From the human T2T-CHM13v2.0 reference genome, Homo sapiens: a stretch of DNA of 64,000 nt. Each line of letters starts with the position of its first letter. Positions within the stretch are counted from its first letter, which is position 1. The notes under the pieces are model-generated. The model saw only the letters and a list, made by a program, of their open reading frames with translations. It searched no databases and was not told the DNA's origin. Positions 45,206 to 61,717 of the stretch are shown one piece after another. The stretch is from assembly GCF_009914755.1 (NCBI RefSeq), contig NC_060926.1; one strand, 5' to 3'. A program made the position numbers and the translations under genes.

Positions 45206-46219
45206 TGGATCTGACTGTAGAACCTGTATACATTAAAAAATAAAAGTGGAATCCCACACATTTAAATGTAAAAACTCACAACATGCAAATGAGAGTATTT
45301 CCAGCACAATATGATTACACACACAATGTGTGTTATGCCCTTTTCGAGCTCTCCATGACAGGAAGGGCTAGGTTTCCCCCTGTGACAGTCCAAGCCCAAG
45401 CTCTCTCTATAGGATCGCTGGCTGGTGGCATGTTTTTCTCTTTGAAAATAGTTCAGTGACGGTCTTGATGTTGGTAAGAACAGCAACCGGGAACTTTGTT
45501 ATTAACCTCCAGCACACGGCTCCCATGCCCCTTCTGGCCTTTCCCTCCAGTTTTCCTGTCACTCCTTTCCTTTGGAGGACAGCCACTCCTCCACCCATGC
45601 CCCACCCCAAATAGCTGGCTTAGTGTTGATAAAGCTATTATCAGACCCATCCCCTTTGCTCAGCCTGGAAGGTTGGTTGTCCGAGTAGGTTGTTGATGAA
45701 TAGAAACCATGCACTCTGCCACTCTGCGCTGTTTTTTTGAGCTGTGGGTGTAAGGGGTGGGTCACGGGGCAGGGGACTAGCTGGCAGTGGTGAGGGAGGA
45801 GAGGTATGCTTTTCTTCACTGCCTGCACCTGCCATTTACCCTGAGTCCTACTTCTCCACACACCAGTTGCATATCTAAAGCTCTGACTGTCTCACGGGTG
45901 GGCCATAAACCTGTGGATTTTCTGGGTCATCAGACTTGCAGAGCCCTTAAGAAACCTGCCTCCTGAATCCTTTTAAAAATGTCATTTGGCTGTCCACATT
46001 CCTCCACTTTAGGTTAAGTGTCAAAATTAGGGTTGGAGATAATGGGAAAGAGCACCAGGTAGTATGTAATCAACAGGGAACCTTTTATTAATCAGGAGGA
46101 AAATCAAGCAAGTATGCCATGTGTGGATGTTTCTGAGGAAGTTATCAGTGTTTCTGCAAGGTCGTTCTGGCAAGATTACACATTTTGAAGATCAAGCTAT
46201 TTATAGCATGAAAGAGGAA

Positions 46220-46519
<300 letters not shown>

Positions 46520-47124
46520 CGCATGAAAGAAGAATTTTTAATCTTTAATTCCACCTGCCTGCTGCCTCTAAAACTAAGCCCAACTCAGTAGTAGTCAGTG
46601 ATGTGGTTTGCTAGACCAAAACCACTGGGAATTGCCTCCAATCCTTGCTAGGAATTGCTCACTTCTGTAGAAATTGGCTTTGTACAGGGGGTGTTATATG
46701 GGTACACGTGAAGTGGACTCAGAATCACGACAGAGTCCACAAGTCATACTCTGGAGCTGATTTGAAAGAAAATAAAATGCTTGATTCGTTTTGGGGTCCT
46801 TTTACAATAAGGAAACACATTCTGGGATACAATGCCTATTTTGTTTCTTTGTTTTTGCCCAATTGTGTGTTTCAAAGACATCTGCTTCCAAAAAGTTAAC
46901 TTTCCTGGATCCTCCTTTCCCTTGGTATTGATTGCTCACTTATAGTCCCTGGAGTTAACAGCTCCTGTGTCATGTTTCCACTGCTCTATGGGATTTGAAG
47001 TCTTTGGATTTTTTTGCTGTTTCAAGTGATTATTATAGCTTCAGAGTCTGTGGTGTGCAGAGTCGCTGTGCTTTGATCTTTGAGCTCATCTTTGGTATTG
47101 AGAAGTCGAACCCCTGCATTTATA

Positions 47125-47637
<513 letters not shown>

Positions 47638-47874
47638 TAGTTATGCTATCTTTCAAAGAAAGACCAATTTCAACTATTTCATGACCATGCACTTACACAA
47701 TCTGTGGAATTATCTTTGGTGATAAAAAGTTGTGTAATTTGTATTCTCTTCAGATAGGCAAAGAGTGACTGGATAACCGATTTGCGACATGCCACTCATG
47801 ATATTTCCAAAGCCTATGGACATTTGACTTTGGAAACAGGGTCAGCTTAGTCTTCAGACACCGTATTTGCTTAG

Positions 47875-48490
<616 letters not shown>

Positions 48491-49657
48491 GCAGCTTAGG
48501 GTAATGTTTTTAAAGGAACTTAGTGATCATTTTTCTGTCTTGAAGACTCATATAGTCAAGTTGGAGTTATACCAACTATGGCATGATGTAACGTTACCTT
48601 TTAGAGACAATTTGGTTGTTTCCTGAGGTATGAAAACTGCAGTCTGCTCTTCAGTGTGCACGCTCCTTGCCCAACAAAACCATCGGCATTCTTGAAAGTT
48701 CTGCCTGAGTATAGCACCTTTATTCCTGTGGAGGTATAGTGCATTCTAACTACCATGAATAGTGTCCACTGTGATCATTTCCCTCTGCACGATTATCTGC
48801 CCACAACTGAGAGAGTCTTAACTTGCTAGAATAATGGGGACGCTTCACTATCTGTCAGTTTCCCAATATGGCAATTCAGTTCATTGTATGACAGCATCAT
48901 CAGAATGTTGCCAAGATCATAAAAATAGCAGTGCATGTTGCCTGATGATTTTACAGTGCATATTGTCATGGCCAGGGCTTAGAGGTAGGGGAAAAACATG
49001 TGGACAGCTTTGTGACAAGAGTCTCTCTTATAGTGTTTCTTTCTAAAGTAACTTTTTCTGAGTATGAATGTGAAAGGTAGCCTTCTTTGAATTAAAAAAT
49101 ATTCTGAAAAATGTTTAATGTCTGAGCTGACTTGAGCATTTTTCTTTAGTGATTACTGTAATAATCAGAAATTTCTTCACCTTTCAAGAGGACAAAAGGG
49201 AACAACTATAATTAAAAAAAAAAAAGAATATGAAATAGTAAGTTAAAAGTATACCTTCCTGGATTATGGTCTATAGAATGTAGGGTAATAGAAACCTTGA
49301 TGCCCCTATTGTAAATGGAGAATTCAACTCAATGTATAAATGATTTCTGTGCTTGTAGATATCCCATCTTTTAAGTTTCTATTTGAATAGATTGGTAATT
49401 TTATTTCCTGAAGTCTTCTCTATTTGTCAAATGCTGCCTTATCTTTGTTGGTTCAGGTGGATCGATCTCCACCCCACAATAGGTTCTAAGCCCCTTGGAA
49501 AGATCATTATGCCGTTGATTTGCTAAAGTATTATAAGTGTTCTCAGAGTTTCAACTCTTAGTATGTTCCAGGTGCAACTTTGACAGAGAACTAGTAACAT
49601 AGGGAAAAAATATGGAAAAAAATTAAATTCATATCTAATCCCAGAGGCATGTTTTAG

Positions 49658-49965
<308 letters not shown>

Positions 49966-51093
49966 TAGTCACTACTTTTCTGTTGTTGAATTGTTTCAAA
50001 ATCACAGACAAATAACCACATTTGAGTGTATGTATGCAGTTTTAATTGCTTGTCCTTTTCCCATCTGGGGTGTTTGTACTATGCTAGAGACCTTAATAGT
50101 TAATGAATTGACCAAAAGGAGGAGCGACAAGCTATGGAAGAACTCAGACAGAGAGGTGATCAATCTGTGATGGAATCAGACTCCATTAAAAAAAAAATTG
50201 GCTTAGTCACTTCTCTGTTTTGTTTTGAGAAAGTAAAAATTTCCCCTCCATCCAGCAATTCAAATTTGGCTGAACCAAGTTTCCTTGGAGTCTTTTACCT
50301 AAATTAACTTTGGGAAGATACCAGGAGGAATTCTTTCCTAGGAATGTGCACACATGGGTTGCTTTTCAGAACTCCCTAGACCTGGAATGAAAGGAGTAAA
50401 GAAGAAATGTCCTTTTCTGGCCACACTCTAACAACTTGCTTGTGACTATCAGGGATGAATCTCTTCAAGTCTCAAGTTAATATAGATTTCTGGAGCTCAT
50501 AAACTACTCAAGAATTTTAAACAGTTTTAAATAAGAATTGGGTATAATCTCCATATTTGGTTCTGGAAAACTCATACCATGAGTTCAATTTGACTGAACT
50601 TTGAATTCTGCTCAGCTTTCAGTTCTGTTTTTTAAAAGTAGAAAGTATTCCACTTATGCATGGAATGCTTGCCGTTCAAAATCATATGAGTTGACACGAT
50701 GCTTTAGAGATCATTTTTTTTTTTTATGGTAAGGACAGCACCCAGTCTGAATGGTGGTGCTGGAGATTTCTCTGTAATCCATTTCTCTCCCCAGTCACTC
50801 TTGATTCTGAAATTAATCCATCTCTTTCTACTTTCCTTCTCTTCTAGGCATTTAAATTGTGTCTGCTATTGAGAGAGGAAATAAAATAACGCTTATTTTC
50901 ACATCACTCAGAGGTAGACAGATTAGCACTCTTGCAGAAGAGAAAAATAAATTTTAGAGAAGTCATATACCTTGTAGAAGGTCACAAGCCAGTGAGTAAG
51001 AGTCTAGTCCTAGTCTGCCTGGAAACAAAGTAGGTGCCTTTTTCATCCAATCACACTGTCTCTCACTATGTCTGTGTTAAAACTGATGCCCTT

Positions 51094-51390
51094 GGCCGGG
51101 TGCAGTGGCTCACACCTGTAATCCCAGCACTTTGGGAGGCTGAGGCAGGTGGATCACCTGAGGTCGGGAGTTTGAGAACAGCCTGACCAACAAGGAGAAA
51201 CCCAGTCTCTACTAAAAATACAAAATTAGCCAAGTGTGGTGGTGCATGCCTATAATCCCAACTACTTGGAAGGCTGAGGCAGGAAAATCACTTGAACCCA
51301 GGAGGCAGAGGTTGCGATGAGCCTAGATTGCGCCATTGCACTCCAGCCTGGGCAACAAGAGTGAAACTCTGTCTCAAAACAACAACAAAA
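51094..51390 (+). mobile_element. AluSp-like
   Basis: gaccaacaaggagaaaccc and gcaacaagagtgaaactc diagnostics. Confidence 0.96.
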
Positions 51391-52309
51391 CTCTATGAAA
51401 AGGGAAGCCATTCTGTGGAGGTGAGATTCTGCTGTCCTTGTCATGCAATTGACATTATGTCATTGTCATGCCTAATACATACCCATTTCTATTAGAAGGA
51501 TGCTGTAGGACAAAGAAATATCCCTGGACTCTGGATTTGTGATTGCACCCTGCAGTCTTCTTTTAGCTTCTACCCAGAACACACTCAGTTTTTATTATTG
51601 AGGTGTTCTCTCAACTGTGCTGCCCTGCATCTTTGGCAGGGTGCTACTGCAGAGCTAAGCCTTTGGCAACACCCAAAAATCATTATGCTATCTCAGATGG
51701 TGACAGGTATGAAAAAGATCTTGACTGTTGGACTAGCTGATTAACTAGCAGTGACAGTTTGCTTTAAAATATATTTGGTTTTTATAAGAAGTGACATAAT
51801 ATTGGCACCAAGAGGGACAATCATATTCATTCCCATGAAATGTTTCTTGGGGCCATGATTACAGATAGATAAAAGGGCCAAGCAGACCTTGAAGCAGAAC
51901 CAGTGTAAAATATCTCGTGCTATTTTAATTCTTTATGTTTTTAGAAGGAATATTGCTTTCAACCTCTCTTTGGAATTTGCGGGAACTTTGGTTGACTTAA
52001 GCCAATGATGGTGGATTTATTATGTAAGAATTGAAGGTTTGTCTTTTTCAGCTACAAAGATGGCTGAGACATGTGTCATGCATAAAATTCTGCAACTATT
52101 TGGAACACCATCTCACATCTAACTTGTGGAAGAGAGGCTAATATATTTGGAAAATTGTTTTGAGCTTTAATCGCCAGTTTTAGAAATTTTTCTCAACCAA
52201 AACTTCAGGAAGTACAGTCTAGTAGAATACAGGATTTCCATGTAGGTAACAAAAGTAAGGGACAACATCCAGAACATATTTTCATACAAGATGATTCACT
52301 TGGTATTTC

Positions 52310-52643
52310 TTTTCTTTTCTTTTCTTTCTTTCTTTTATTTATTTTTTTTTTTTTGAGAGAGAGAGAGTCTCACTCTGTCACCTAGTCTGGGGTATAGTGG
52401 CACAATCTTGGCTCACTGCTACCTCTGTCTCCTAGTTCAAGCGATTCTCCTGCCTCAGCCTCCTGAGTAACTGGGATTACAGGTGCCCACCACCAAACCC
52501 AGCTAATTTTTGTATTTTGTTTTAGTAGAGATGGGGTTTTGCCATATTGGCCAGGCTGGTCTTGAACTCCTGACCTCAAGTGATCTGCCCACCTCGGCCT
52601 CCCAAAGTGTTGGGATTACAGCTGTGAGCCACTGCTCCTGGCC
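52310..52643 (-). mobile_element. Alu (AluSz/Sx-like)
   Basis: TSD tcacttggtatttct. Confidence 0.96.
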
Positions 52644-53821
52644 TCACTTGGTATTTCTAAACATATGCTTTGTGCTGCTTATTGCACAAACATGAAGAAT
52701 ATAGAATTTATCCCATAGGATTTTACTGTTTAGTTAAATAGACCAATATTTTTAAAAGGTTACAATAATCATCTTACAATACATAAATGTATATTCTGTA
52801 AAAGAGAATGTTTCCAAAATATTCTGTGGGAATTCAGAGAAAGGAGATAACTAACTATATCAGGATGAACCAGGGATGATTCCCTTGGGTTGGTGACATT
52901 TAAGCTGGGTATAAAAGGATAAAAAGTCATTGTTCAAGAAGAAAAAGACTATATTTGAAACAGTGCATTCCAGGACTAATGTGTAACTTGATAGAGCTGA
53001 ATCATAGATTACATGTTGGAAGAGGGACGGGAGAAAAGGAGCAAAGATAAGGTGGTTCTGGGTGGTTAACAGTAGTGTTTGCCCTTCTGAAGCATGTCGG
53101 TATTTTTGAGAACCGATTTATATATGGCAAATTTCAACCATATATAAAAATAGACAAAATAAATGATAATTAACCCCCATTTATTATCTAACTTTAACAA
53201 TTTTCAATTCATGGTCATTCTTATTTAATTTATATATCCCTACCGATGTTCTCCCCTTCCCATATTAGCTTTGAAGTAAATCCCAGATATTTCATCATTC
53301 CATCCGTAAATATTTTAGTATGTGTTTCTAAAAGATAAGTTCTCTTAAAAAGTTCACAACGTCATTCAGACATGCAAAATAATTAATAATAATTCTTAAC
53401 TATTATTGTAGTTTGTCAAGTAGAGGGATGACATGAATACATTTGCATTCTGGAAAAAAATTTCTGAAGGCAATAAGGACGACAGATCAGAGAAAGAAAA
53501 ATACCAAATACCAAAAGAAGACTTCAAAGATAGGTTTGAACAAAGACAATGATAATAGAGAGGGTGGAAGAATTTTCAAAATGTTTAAAAGGTAAAGTTG
53601 ATAGTTCTTGAGATTAATTGTATTTGGGTGTGCAGGAAAGGAGGGAGTTAAAGAAGTTTTGGAGGTTTTAATTTGAATAATCAGCATATGAATATGCCAT
53701 TAACCTATATAGGGAAAGGATTCCTTGAAAAGCAGTTAGCCTGGTTCAGCATTATACAGAGACTACAGGAAACAAATCAAAAAATATCTTCCTATTACCC
53801 TCAAACAAAAGTTTGAGATTT

Positions 53822-53934
53822 CCACCTGTAGTCCTAGCTACTTGGAAGGCTGAGGCAGGAGGATTGCTGGAGTCCAGAAGTTTGAAGCCAGTTTGGGCAA
53901 CATAGTGAGACCTCATCTCCAGAAAACAACAAAA
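53822..53934 (+). mobile_element. FLAM-type Alu monomer
   Basis: Single arm with A tail; TSD aaaa(g/c)tttgaga. Confidence 0.85.
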
Positions 53935-53995
53935 CTTTGAGACTCAGAGCATTTGGAATAATTCTGATTGCTGCACCTTAAGAAAGCCATTAATG

Positions 53996-54097
53996 CCAGC
54001 CATGGTGGCTCATGCTTGTAATTCTAGCGCTTTGAGAGGCTGAAGCAGGAGGATCACTTGAGCTCGGGAATTCTGAGACCAGCCTGGGCAACATAGT
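53996..54097 (+). mobile_element. FLAM_C / Alu left monomer
   Basis: gccagccatggtggctcatgc...gcctgggcaacatagt. Confidence 0.85.
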
Positions 54098-55179
54098 TGC
54101 AGACAGCAGTACACTTCATTCCTAAACATTTCATCACGTATATATGTATATTACCAACTAGAGTTAGTTATTGCAGAATTTATATTTCACACAAGAGAGA
54201 TTAAACTTATACATTTATTTTCTCAATGGGAAAAGCCGTGATTCAAGAAAGATTAACACAATTCATGGCTGATTCTTACTCGATTATTTATGAAAGCAAG
54301 AAACTGAGAACCTCTTGATTTTCAAAAGTTGTTGCCATACAGAGCAGCCACATCCTACTACAAAACAGCCTTTGAGTAACTATCAAGTATTGTCCTGGCA
54401 AAGCACGTTTCTCTCAATAAGTGTTAATTGAATTTGAATGTAAAGAAACTGACACCTAGAAATGCAAGCTTTTTGCCAGTAACTGACAGAGCTGGTACTA
54501 GAACAAATTACTTCTAATAGTTTCTCACTGAGCATCACTCCTTACCTCTAACAACTCTGAATAGTAATAATGGAACACAGAAGATGCTTTATTAGTAAAA
54601 AGGTAATGCTTTCTATATCAAGTCATTGTGAGATTGCTCAAGGCTCAATGGGACCAAGTAGCTGGGCCGTAGGAAAGGAGGTAAAATGCTCTCACAAAAA
54701 AAGAACTCTCCATACACAATGGAAAAAAAATGCCTGTGTTCATATTTATCCTCTGACTTCCTCCAGAAGAGGATTAAAGCAGCTGATGACAAAAAGCAAA
54801 AATAAAACACAACTGAAAATGATTAACACAGGAATAAAACAAGGGCCAAAATCCACCAGTTAGTCAGGCGGGGAATACATTTGGACCTAGAAAGCTTTAA
54901 AATGTTCTCAATTATGTCAAATTCTGACATGTTAAATCTTGCTGATTGGTTCAAGAATTAAAAATCAAGTTGAGATGATGTCTAAAAGACATGTTCATTC
55001 AAATGTTTTTTGTTGATGAAGATATCGAGTATTCATTTGGAAACTGAAAAACTCAGTCAAATAGCCAGGCATTTGCCTACACAAGAAACAGACATTCTGA
55101 TACTAGAAAAGATTTTAGGGGTTTGACCGATTTTTTTTTTTTCTGGTTTCCATTTTGATGTTATGGCATCAGTCTATAT

Positions 55180-55402
55180 CAGTGGTTCTCAACTGAGAGT
55201 GATTTTGCCTTCCGAAGGACATTTGGCAATGTCTGGGGACATTTTTGGTAGTCTCTACTGGGAGTGGCAGTGGAGTATTACTGGCATCTAGTTAGTAGAG
55301 ACCAACGATGCTGCTAAACATCCCAAAATGCTCACGACAGCCCTGCATGACAATCAATTATCCAACCAAATATGTCAATAGTACCAAGGTTGAGAAATCC
55401 TG
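55180..55402 (+). mobile_element. MER20 hAT MITE
   Basis: cagtggttctcaac...gacatttggcaatgtctgg...gttgagaaatcctg; TSD gtctatat / atctatgt. Confidence 0.92.
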
Positions 55403-55736
55403 ATCTATGTGAAACAATTAAAAATCTCACGCAAACATGCCTTCAAAGACACTTTAGATGAGTTACATGCAACATTTTTGCTTGTCTGCTGCTGAGCAGT
55501 AAGTGATGATGGCCTAATACACTTGCAGAAATACTGCTGCATCGGCGTCAGGGTGGAGATGAGATGTCAAATGGCCAGTCCTTCAGAATGAAAAGCCAAG
55601 TTGAATGGTTCACAACACAGGCTGACAGCACTCTTTGGTGTCCAAAAGATCAAATGTTGGCAGGCAAGGATACTGATATTTAGTCAGCAGAAAATATTCA
55701 AAGCAATGAGGGACACATTGTTGTTTCTTTTGTGGG

Positions 55737-56012
55737 TTTTATTTTTATTTTTTATTTTTTTGGCAAGATCTGGCTCTATTGCCCAGGCTGGAGTGCAGTG
55801 GTGGAATCTCAGCTCACTGTGACCTCTCTGCCTCCCAAGTTGCTGGGACTATAGGCAGGCACCACCACACCCAACTAATTTTTGTATCATTTGTAGAGAA
55901 GGGGGTTTCACCATGTTGGCCAGACTGGTCTTGAACTTGTGAGCTCAAGCACTCCTCCTGCCTCAGCCTCCCCATGTGCTGGGATTACAGGTGTGAGCCA
56001 CTGCTCCCAGTT
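55737..56012 (-). mobile_element. Alu (AluJ/S) with internal deletion
   Basis: Antisense dimer. Confidence 0.92.
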
Positions 56013-56379
56013 GACAGATTGTTGATGAGGACAGAACAAGGGATCTTTAGGTCATAAGTCATGGGACAGTTGATCCTGGGACTTGGGAAGTTCATTTCTC
56101 TGTTTCTGGCTTTTTTCATCTTCAAAAACTCAGGAAAAGAGAACTGAGGGCATCAGAGCAGGCTGATTTGATACACTCTTGCTGCCAACCTGATGACTGT
56201 ATATCTCTATGATTTATGTGATTCTTTCTCATGTTCCCTTTACTAATTATAACTATTATCCATGTTTGTAACCATGTTCTTCTTCCTTCTTTCATATTAT
56301 AACTGGAACCCATTCTCTTCCCTTTGGTTATCTTCTCTTCCTTCTGAGTTTTCAGCTTCCTCTACTATGTTCTCCTCAT

Positions 56380-57105
56380 CAGTGCATCGGTCTGCTTCAG
56401 TAACTCTCATCTTTTAAAAATATCCTTTGCTTGCCACAACCTCTGCCAACTTCTCTTCACTGCAATTCTAAACAAACTTGTTGAGCTCATATTCTACACA
56501 CGTTTTCTTTGTTTCTTTACCTCTCATTTACTCTTGCACTCACACCAAACTAGCCTCTGCCCACAGTTCTGTAAAACTACCTTTGTCAAGGTCACCAGTG
56601 ACCTCCTTGTGTTAAATTCTAAAAAAGCAGATCATTTCTCTTTCTCCTCTTATTTAACTTTGCAGTAGCATTCAACATGATTGACAGCTTCAGCTTCCAT
56701 TCTATCCCTGGCCTCATGGCACAGCGTGCTTTTAAGTTTTCCTTCTCTTTCTCTGACAGGAGCTCCTCAAGATGCTTTGCTGCTCCTCCTCCCCTCTCTG
56801 ACCTCTAGATGTTGGAAAGCCCAAGGCTTAAGAGTGGGTCCTCTTGTCCTTCCTCTTTATACTTTCTTCCAGAGCGATCTGAGCCATTGCCATGGCGCTA
56901 AATGCTGCTTACCTGGTGATAAATCCCAATTGTAAATTGCATCTCAGATCTTTCCCTGGAGCTCCAAATTGTATATGTAACTGCAACTCAAGATCCACAC
57001 ATAGAGTTTCTCATCTGGCCTGTTTAGTTCACTGCCGGATACCCAGGCCCTGGCATAATGTCTGGAAGGTAGAGACGTATTTGTTGAGCCAGTAAAGAAT
57101 GATTT
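56380..57105 (+). mobile_element. L2 3' region
   Basis: tgtcaaggtcaccagtgacctcc...gcagtagcattcaacatgattgac...gttcactgccggatacccaggccctggcata...tatttgttgag. Confidence 0.75.
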
Positions 57106-57208
57106 GGATACTGGGCCTAAAACAGATACATTTTTTTCTGTGACAAGGTAAGAGTTAGCTGCTTTTGTTGTCAGAGTTACACTTTTATTAGATTAAAAGA
57201 TAACATTT

Positions 57209-57515
<307 letters not shown>

Positions 57516-58617
57516 GTAAAACTTAATTGTCACCCAGAAAAAAAAAAGAAACAAGATACTGTTTAATAACTGCTTACTGGTTGATGGATAGATTGATTAA
57601 TCAATTGGAAATGTATTAATACTTAATCTTTTTGTATTCCAACTTATTTATTTATAACATAGAAATAATGCTATTATTTGCCAAATCATTTTAAAGGACA
57701 AAGGTAATTGCTTTTTAATATCCTGTGGAGAAAGACATTAACTACATACAAAATTGCACACAAGATGGTGTAGAGATTGCATGTATTATCAGTTTCCTTA
57801 GTCTGGAGACTGCATTGCGTTTGCATCTGAACTCTTGTGGTTTGTGAGCCAACAAAATATCATCAGTCCTCATTGTTATAAGTTTTATTTGAAAGCTACC
57901 ATTGGATAGTGTTTTTGTGATGTGGCTAGAATTATATAATTGTCTATGCAGCCTCGCAGCCATCTCTCAGCTGCCCTGCACTGAGAGGTGCCAGGTGAGG
58001 CTGGTGGACAGCACAGCACAGCAGCCCGTGGCTGAGGCTTAGGCTAGGGCACAATGGACTTTCTGGCATCTGGCCAAGGTGCTGAAGGGTAACGGGGGTG
58101 AACAAAGTGGAGTAGGAAGCAACTTCATGGGCAGGAGTCAGGAGTAGTAGTTCTAGACCTGGACAGGATCATAGGTACTTCTGCAAAAGAGAAAACCTGT
58201 TTTCAGAATTGAATGTTCAGCCTGAGGTTGCTCATGGAATCTTGGGAGGAGATGAAAATTTCAGTATCTTAAATTTTTGTGACTCCAAACAACTGATGGT
58301 GAGAATCAGGAGGTGAAGTTATTTTTCCTCTCCTTTTGCATTGGGCAAGTCCATTTGCTTTAAGGTAATAAAAAATGACATCGAGTGGTAGAAACTCAGG
58401 AATTTTGATTTCCCTTTGTCTTCTTCAGAAATCCTCTGGGGCAATTGACCTTTGTGTGTTTGAGTAAAGGTTATGAAACTTTTATTACAGACCTGCTTCG
58501 AGCCCCCAAGGAAGGCTATGGGCCTTTATCCTAGAAAGAAGCCCATGGACACAAATACACAAAATTCTGTGTGTGATTTCAGGATTGTATAGATCTCCAG
58601 TCCTTGGTTGAGAGCCT

Positions 58618-58958
58618 AGATGTGGACTGAATTTTGTACCCCCCAGCATCCATATGTTGAAGCTCTAACCCCCAATATGACTGTGTTTGAAGATAGAGCC
58701 TATAAGGAGGTAATTACGGTTAAACAAGGTCACAAGAGTGGGGCTGTAATTTCTGATAGGGCTGGTGTCCTTATAAGAGGAAGGGACACCAGGCTTCTCT
58801 TTCTGTGCCATGTGAGAACACAGGAAGAAGGTGGCCATCTGCAAGCCAGAAAGAGAGTCCTCACAGGGACTTCTCAGCCTCCAGAGCTGTGAGAAATAAA
58901 TTTCTGTTATTTAAGCCATCCAGTCTGTGGTGTTTTGTTATACCAGCTTGTTAAGACA
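58618..58958 (+). mobile_element. MLT1A-type solo LTR
   Basis: atatgttgaagctctaacccccaatatgactg...aataaatttctgttatttaagccatccagtctgtgg...taagaca; TSD agcct / ggcct. Confidence 0.88.
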
Positions 58959-61370
58959 GGCCTCTACCCTGGAAGCTGCCCTGGCCCGTAATGTAGCTGT
59001 GCTCATGCTTACCGATCCATGGAGGCATCAGGATGGGGAGGGGAACATTCTAGTGAGCAAATGTTCTGGGGACATGTATGGGAGCCTTGGTGCACCGAAG
59101 TAGGTCAGCCAGTAGTACCACGCCTGGCTCGCTCTGCCCAGGCTTCATGAGTCTGCAGTGACAGGGTGAAGTATAAAGGTCATCCAGAAGAATGATGTGC
59201 CATCATGCTGAGTGTGTACCTCTTCTTTAGGTGTTCATTTCACTGGGCAGGTTGTCTACCAGAACCAAGGGGCCTCTTTGAATTTTCTTTCAAGCTATTA
59301 ATAAGAGGCATGCATCCTCCTAGACACAATCATCCATTTAGTAAAATAGGTAAGTATCTCCCCATGGCTAAAATTGGAGCTACCTGAGCCCTAAACAACT
59401 GACAATGTGGGAAGCATTTGCTCCAGACGAATCCACTTATCCCATCCCTATCCTTCTTGAGAAAGCTGCCATTGTCTGATGTGGGTAGAATCTGGGGACA
59501 ACAACAGTGAGAGGTGCGGTATGCAGACTAGCTGGTCCAACACCTGGGAGAGCAGGGGCAGAGTCCCTAGTGGTGCTGTCAGAGTGAGTCTGGACTGGGC
59601 AGAGGAGTACTTGAAAGTCTTTTCTGGAAGAGTTAAAAAGAGAAGCCAAGGTTTGAGTGGCTAAAAGAAACCAGCAAAATCTGTGGGATTCAATGTGACA
59701 GGAGTAAATGAACAGTGTCAGGACCCAAGTGTTGGAGCCAGAGAACCAATGGTTTGTGCCAAGACCCATTTAGAGTTCCCAGCTCCACCTTCTCAAGCTT
59801 ACCTCCACCAAGTCACCTTCACCCATCTCACAGACATCCAGACCTGCTTGAGATGCCCGGCACCCAACAGCCAGGGATTAGAGCTTTTTATTGAAATCCC
59901 TGCTATCATTTTAGACCAAGTTCCTGAATGAATAAAAAAAAAAATCTTTTGACAAGGAGAGATGATCAGATTGAAATAATCTTTACAAAATTAAAAAAAA
60001 TAGGTGCCCTCAAAATCAGACCAGTGAGAAGAAATTCCATGACTGGTGATAGCATATAGCTGTTTCATTTCTCCGTATCAAAATGGCCAAAGGGTGGCTT
60101 CGTGTCAGAAGACCCAGATGTTTTTAAAGCAAATGCATTAGTTCAAAATCAGCCTACTGCCTCATATACTTTTTATGTCTTAGAGACCCCAGTATGAGTC
60201 TGGATTCTATAGAAGCTCACTATGATGGAATATTTTCCTTTCTTTTACTAACTCACTATTTACAACTTAGGCAAATCACCTTATCATTTTGGCCTTGGGG
60301 CTCTCCTTTATAGAATGAGGTAGTTAAACTGGCAACTAAGTAAAAAAATCCCCTTGAAAAGTGGACATATTCTGTGTCGCCTACTAGCACAACCTCTTTC
60401 TCTGTTGGAGCTACGGTTTTCTCTGAGTAGACTAAAAACACTATCAGAAGACGTGAATGACCAAGATGATGAAACCAGGTGCTTAGAGACCAAGGCTCGC
60501 AGCTGCACTGATCAGTAAATAACGCTTCCCTGGTTTCTGGTTTTCCTTTTTAGAGTAATAAACAACAACAAAAGTAGAGTACCGGTTCAACTTGTGTAGT
60601 CACTAATTATACAAGTGACTCATTCTAAGGGCTAGAAATTATCCTACAGGAAATTATCCCAAAGGGTCTACCGTGATGAATATCTGTGATTTCCTTGAGT
60701 CTGACATGGAAAAGTAAGCTGTGACTCGTAGTCAACAAATCCAAACCAACCTAGAGAGGAAGTGGGAGAGAGTGAAACTATATACTCACTATAGTGTGTG
60801 GAATCTGAAAATGTTTGCCTCTAAGCACGAATAGGTACATATTTTTTTCTCAGGTAGCCCAACGTACATTCTAGTTTCTCTAAATCTTTACAAAGTAAAG
60901 TATTGAGGGGGCATTGGCACCCAGTCCCATGCTCTTTAGAAATCATTAATGACTATTTTGCTGATTTTGAGAACTTTTTCTATTAATATAAAAGAATAAA
61001 CCAGAAATCTGAGGAAACTCTAAAACTTGAAGGCAATCTAGACATTTAGAGGATATTACAAGTGGAAATAAATACTAATGTCTTAGACTAACCAAGCTTG
61101 ACAAATGCTGCAGAAATCTCCAAATTTACTTTCTTGTTCAGGCAAGAGGTGAAATTTGTCTTGCAATTTGAAATTACGTTTAGAGTAAACATGTGTCAGA
61201 AGGCTTAAGTAAGCATAGTAACTGTCTTGTCATTCTTCCTTGTCCACTCCACAAACAGTAACATTCCAAAGATCTGCACTTTGAAAGATCCTCCTTAGCT
61301 TTTGCATCTGTGGTGTCAGTAGGTAGCCCAGTGAGTCTGAGGTAGGGCTTGTAAGTGCAGATGTCTACAG

Positions 61371-61717
61371 CAGCAATCCCTAACACTTTTGGCACAAGGG
61401 ACAGATTTCGTGGAAGACTGTTTTTCCACAGACAGGGCAGGGGCTGGGGGTTGGGAAGATGGTTTGGGGATGAAACTGTTCCACCTCAGATCATCAGGCA
61501 GTAATTCGATTTTCATAAGGAGCATATAACTTAGATTCATTGTTTGTGTAGTTCACAATAGGGTTTGTGGTCCTGTGAGAATCTAACGCCGCAGCTCATC
61601 TGACAGGAGGGAGAGCTCAGGCAGTAATGTTCCCTCACCCGCATTCACCTCCTGCCGGGCAGCTTGGTTCCTAACAGGCCATGGACCAGGCCATGGCCCA
61701 GGGGTTGGGGACCCCTG
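61371..61717 (+). mobile_element. MER1B hAT MITE
   Basis: Consensus body; TSD gtctacag / gtttacag. Confidence 0.93.

Noticed and set aside
58620-58892. 90-aa ORF
   Set aside because: Lies entirely within an MLT1 LTR
60781-60796. T7-promoter-like ACTCACTATAG (also TCACTATAGGG at 2702)
   Set aside because: Partial matches only, with no adjoining vector sequence; consistent with chance
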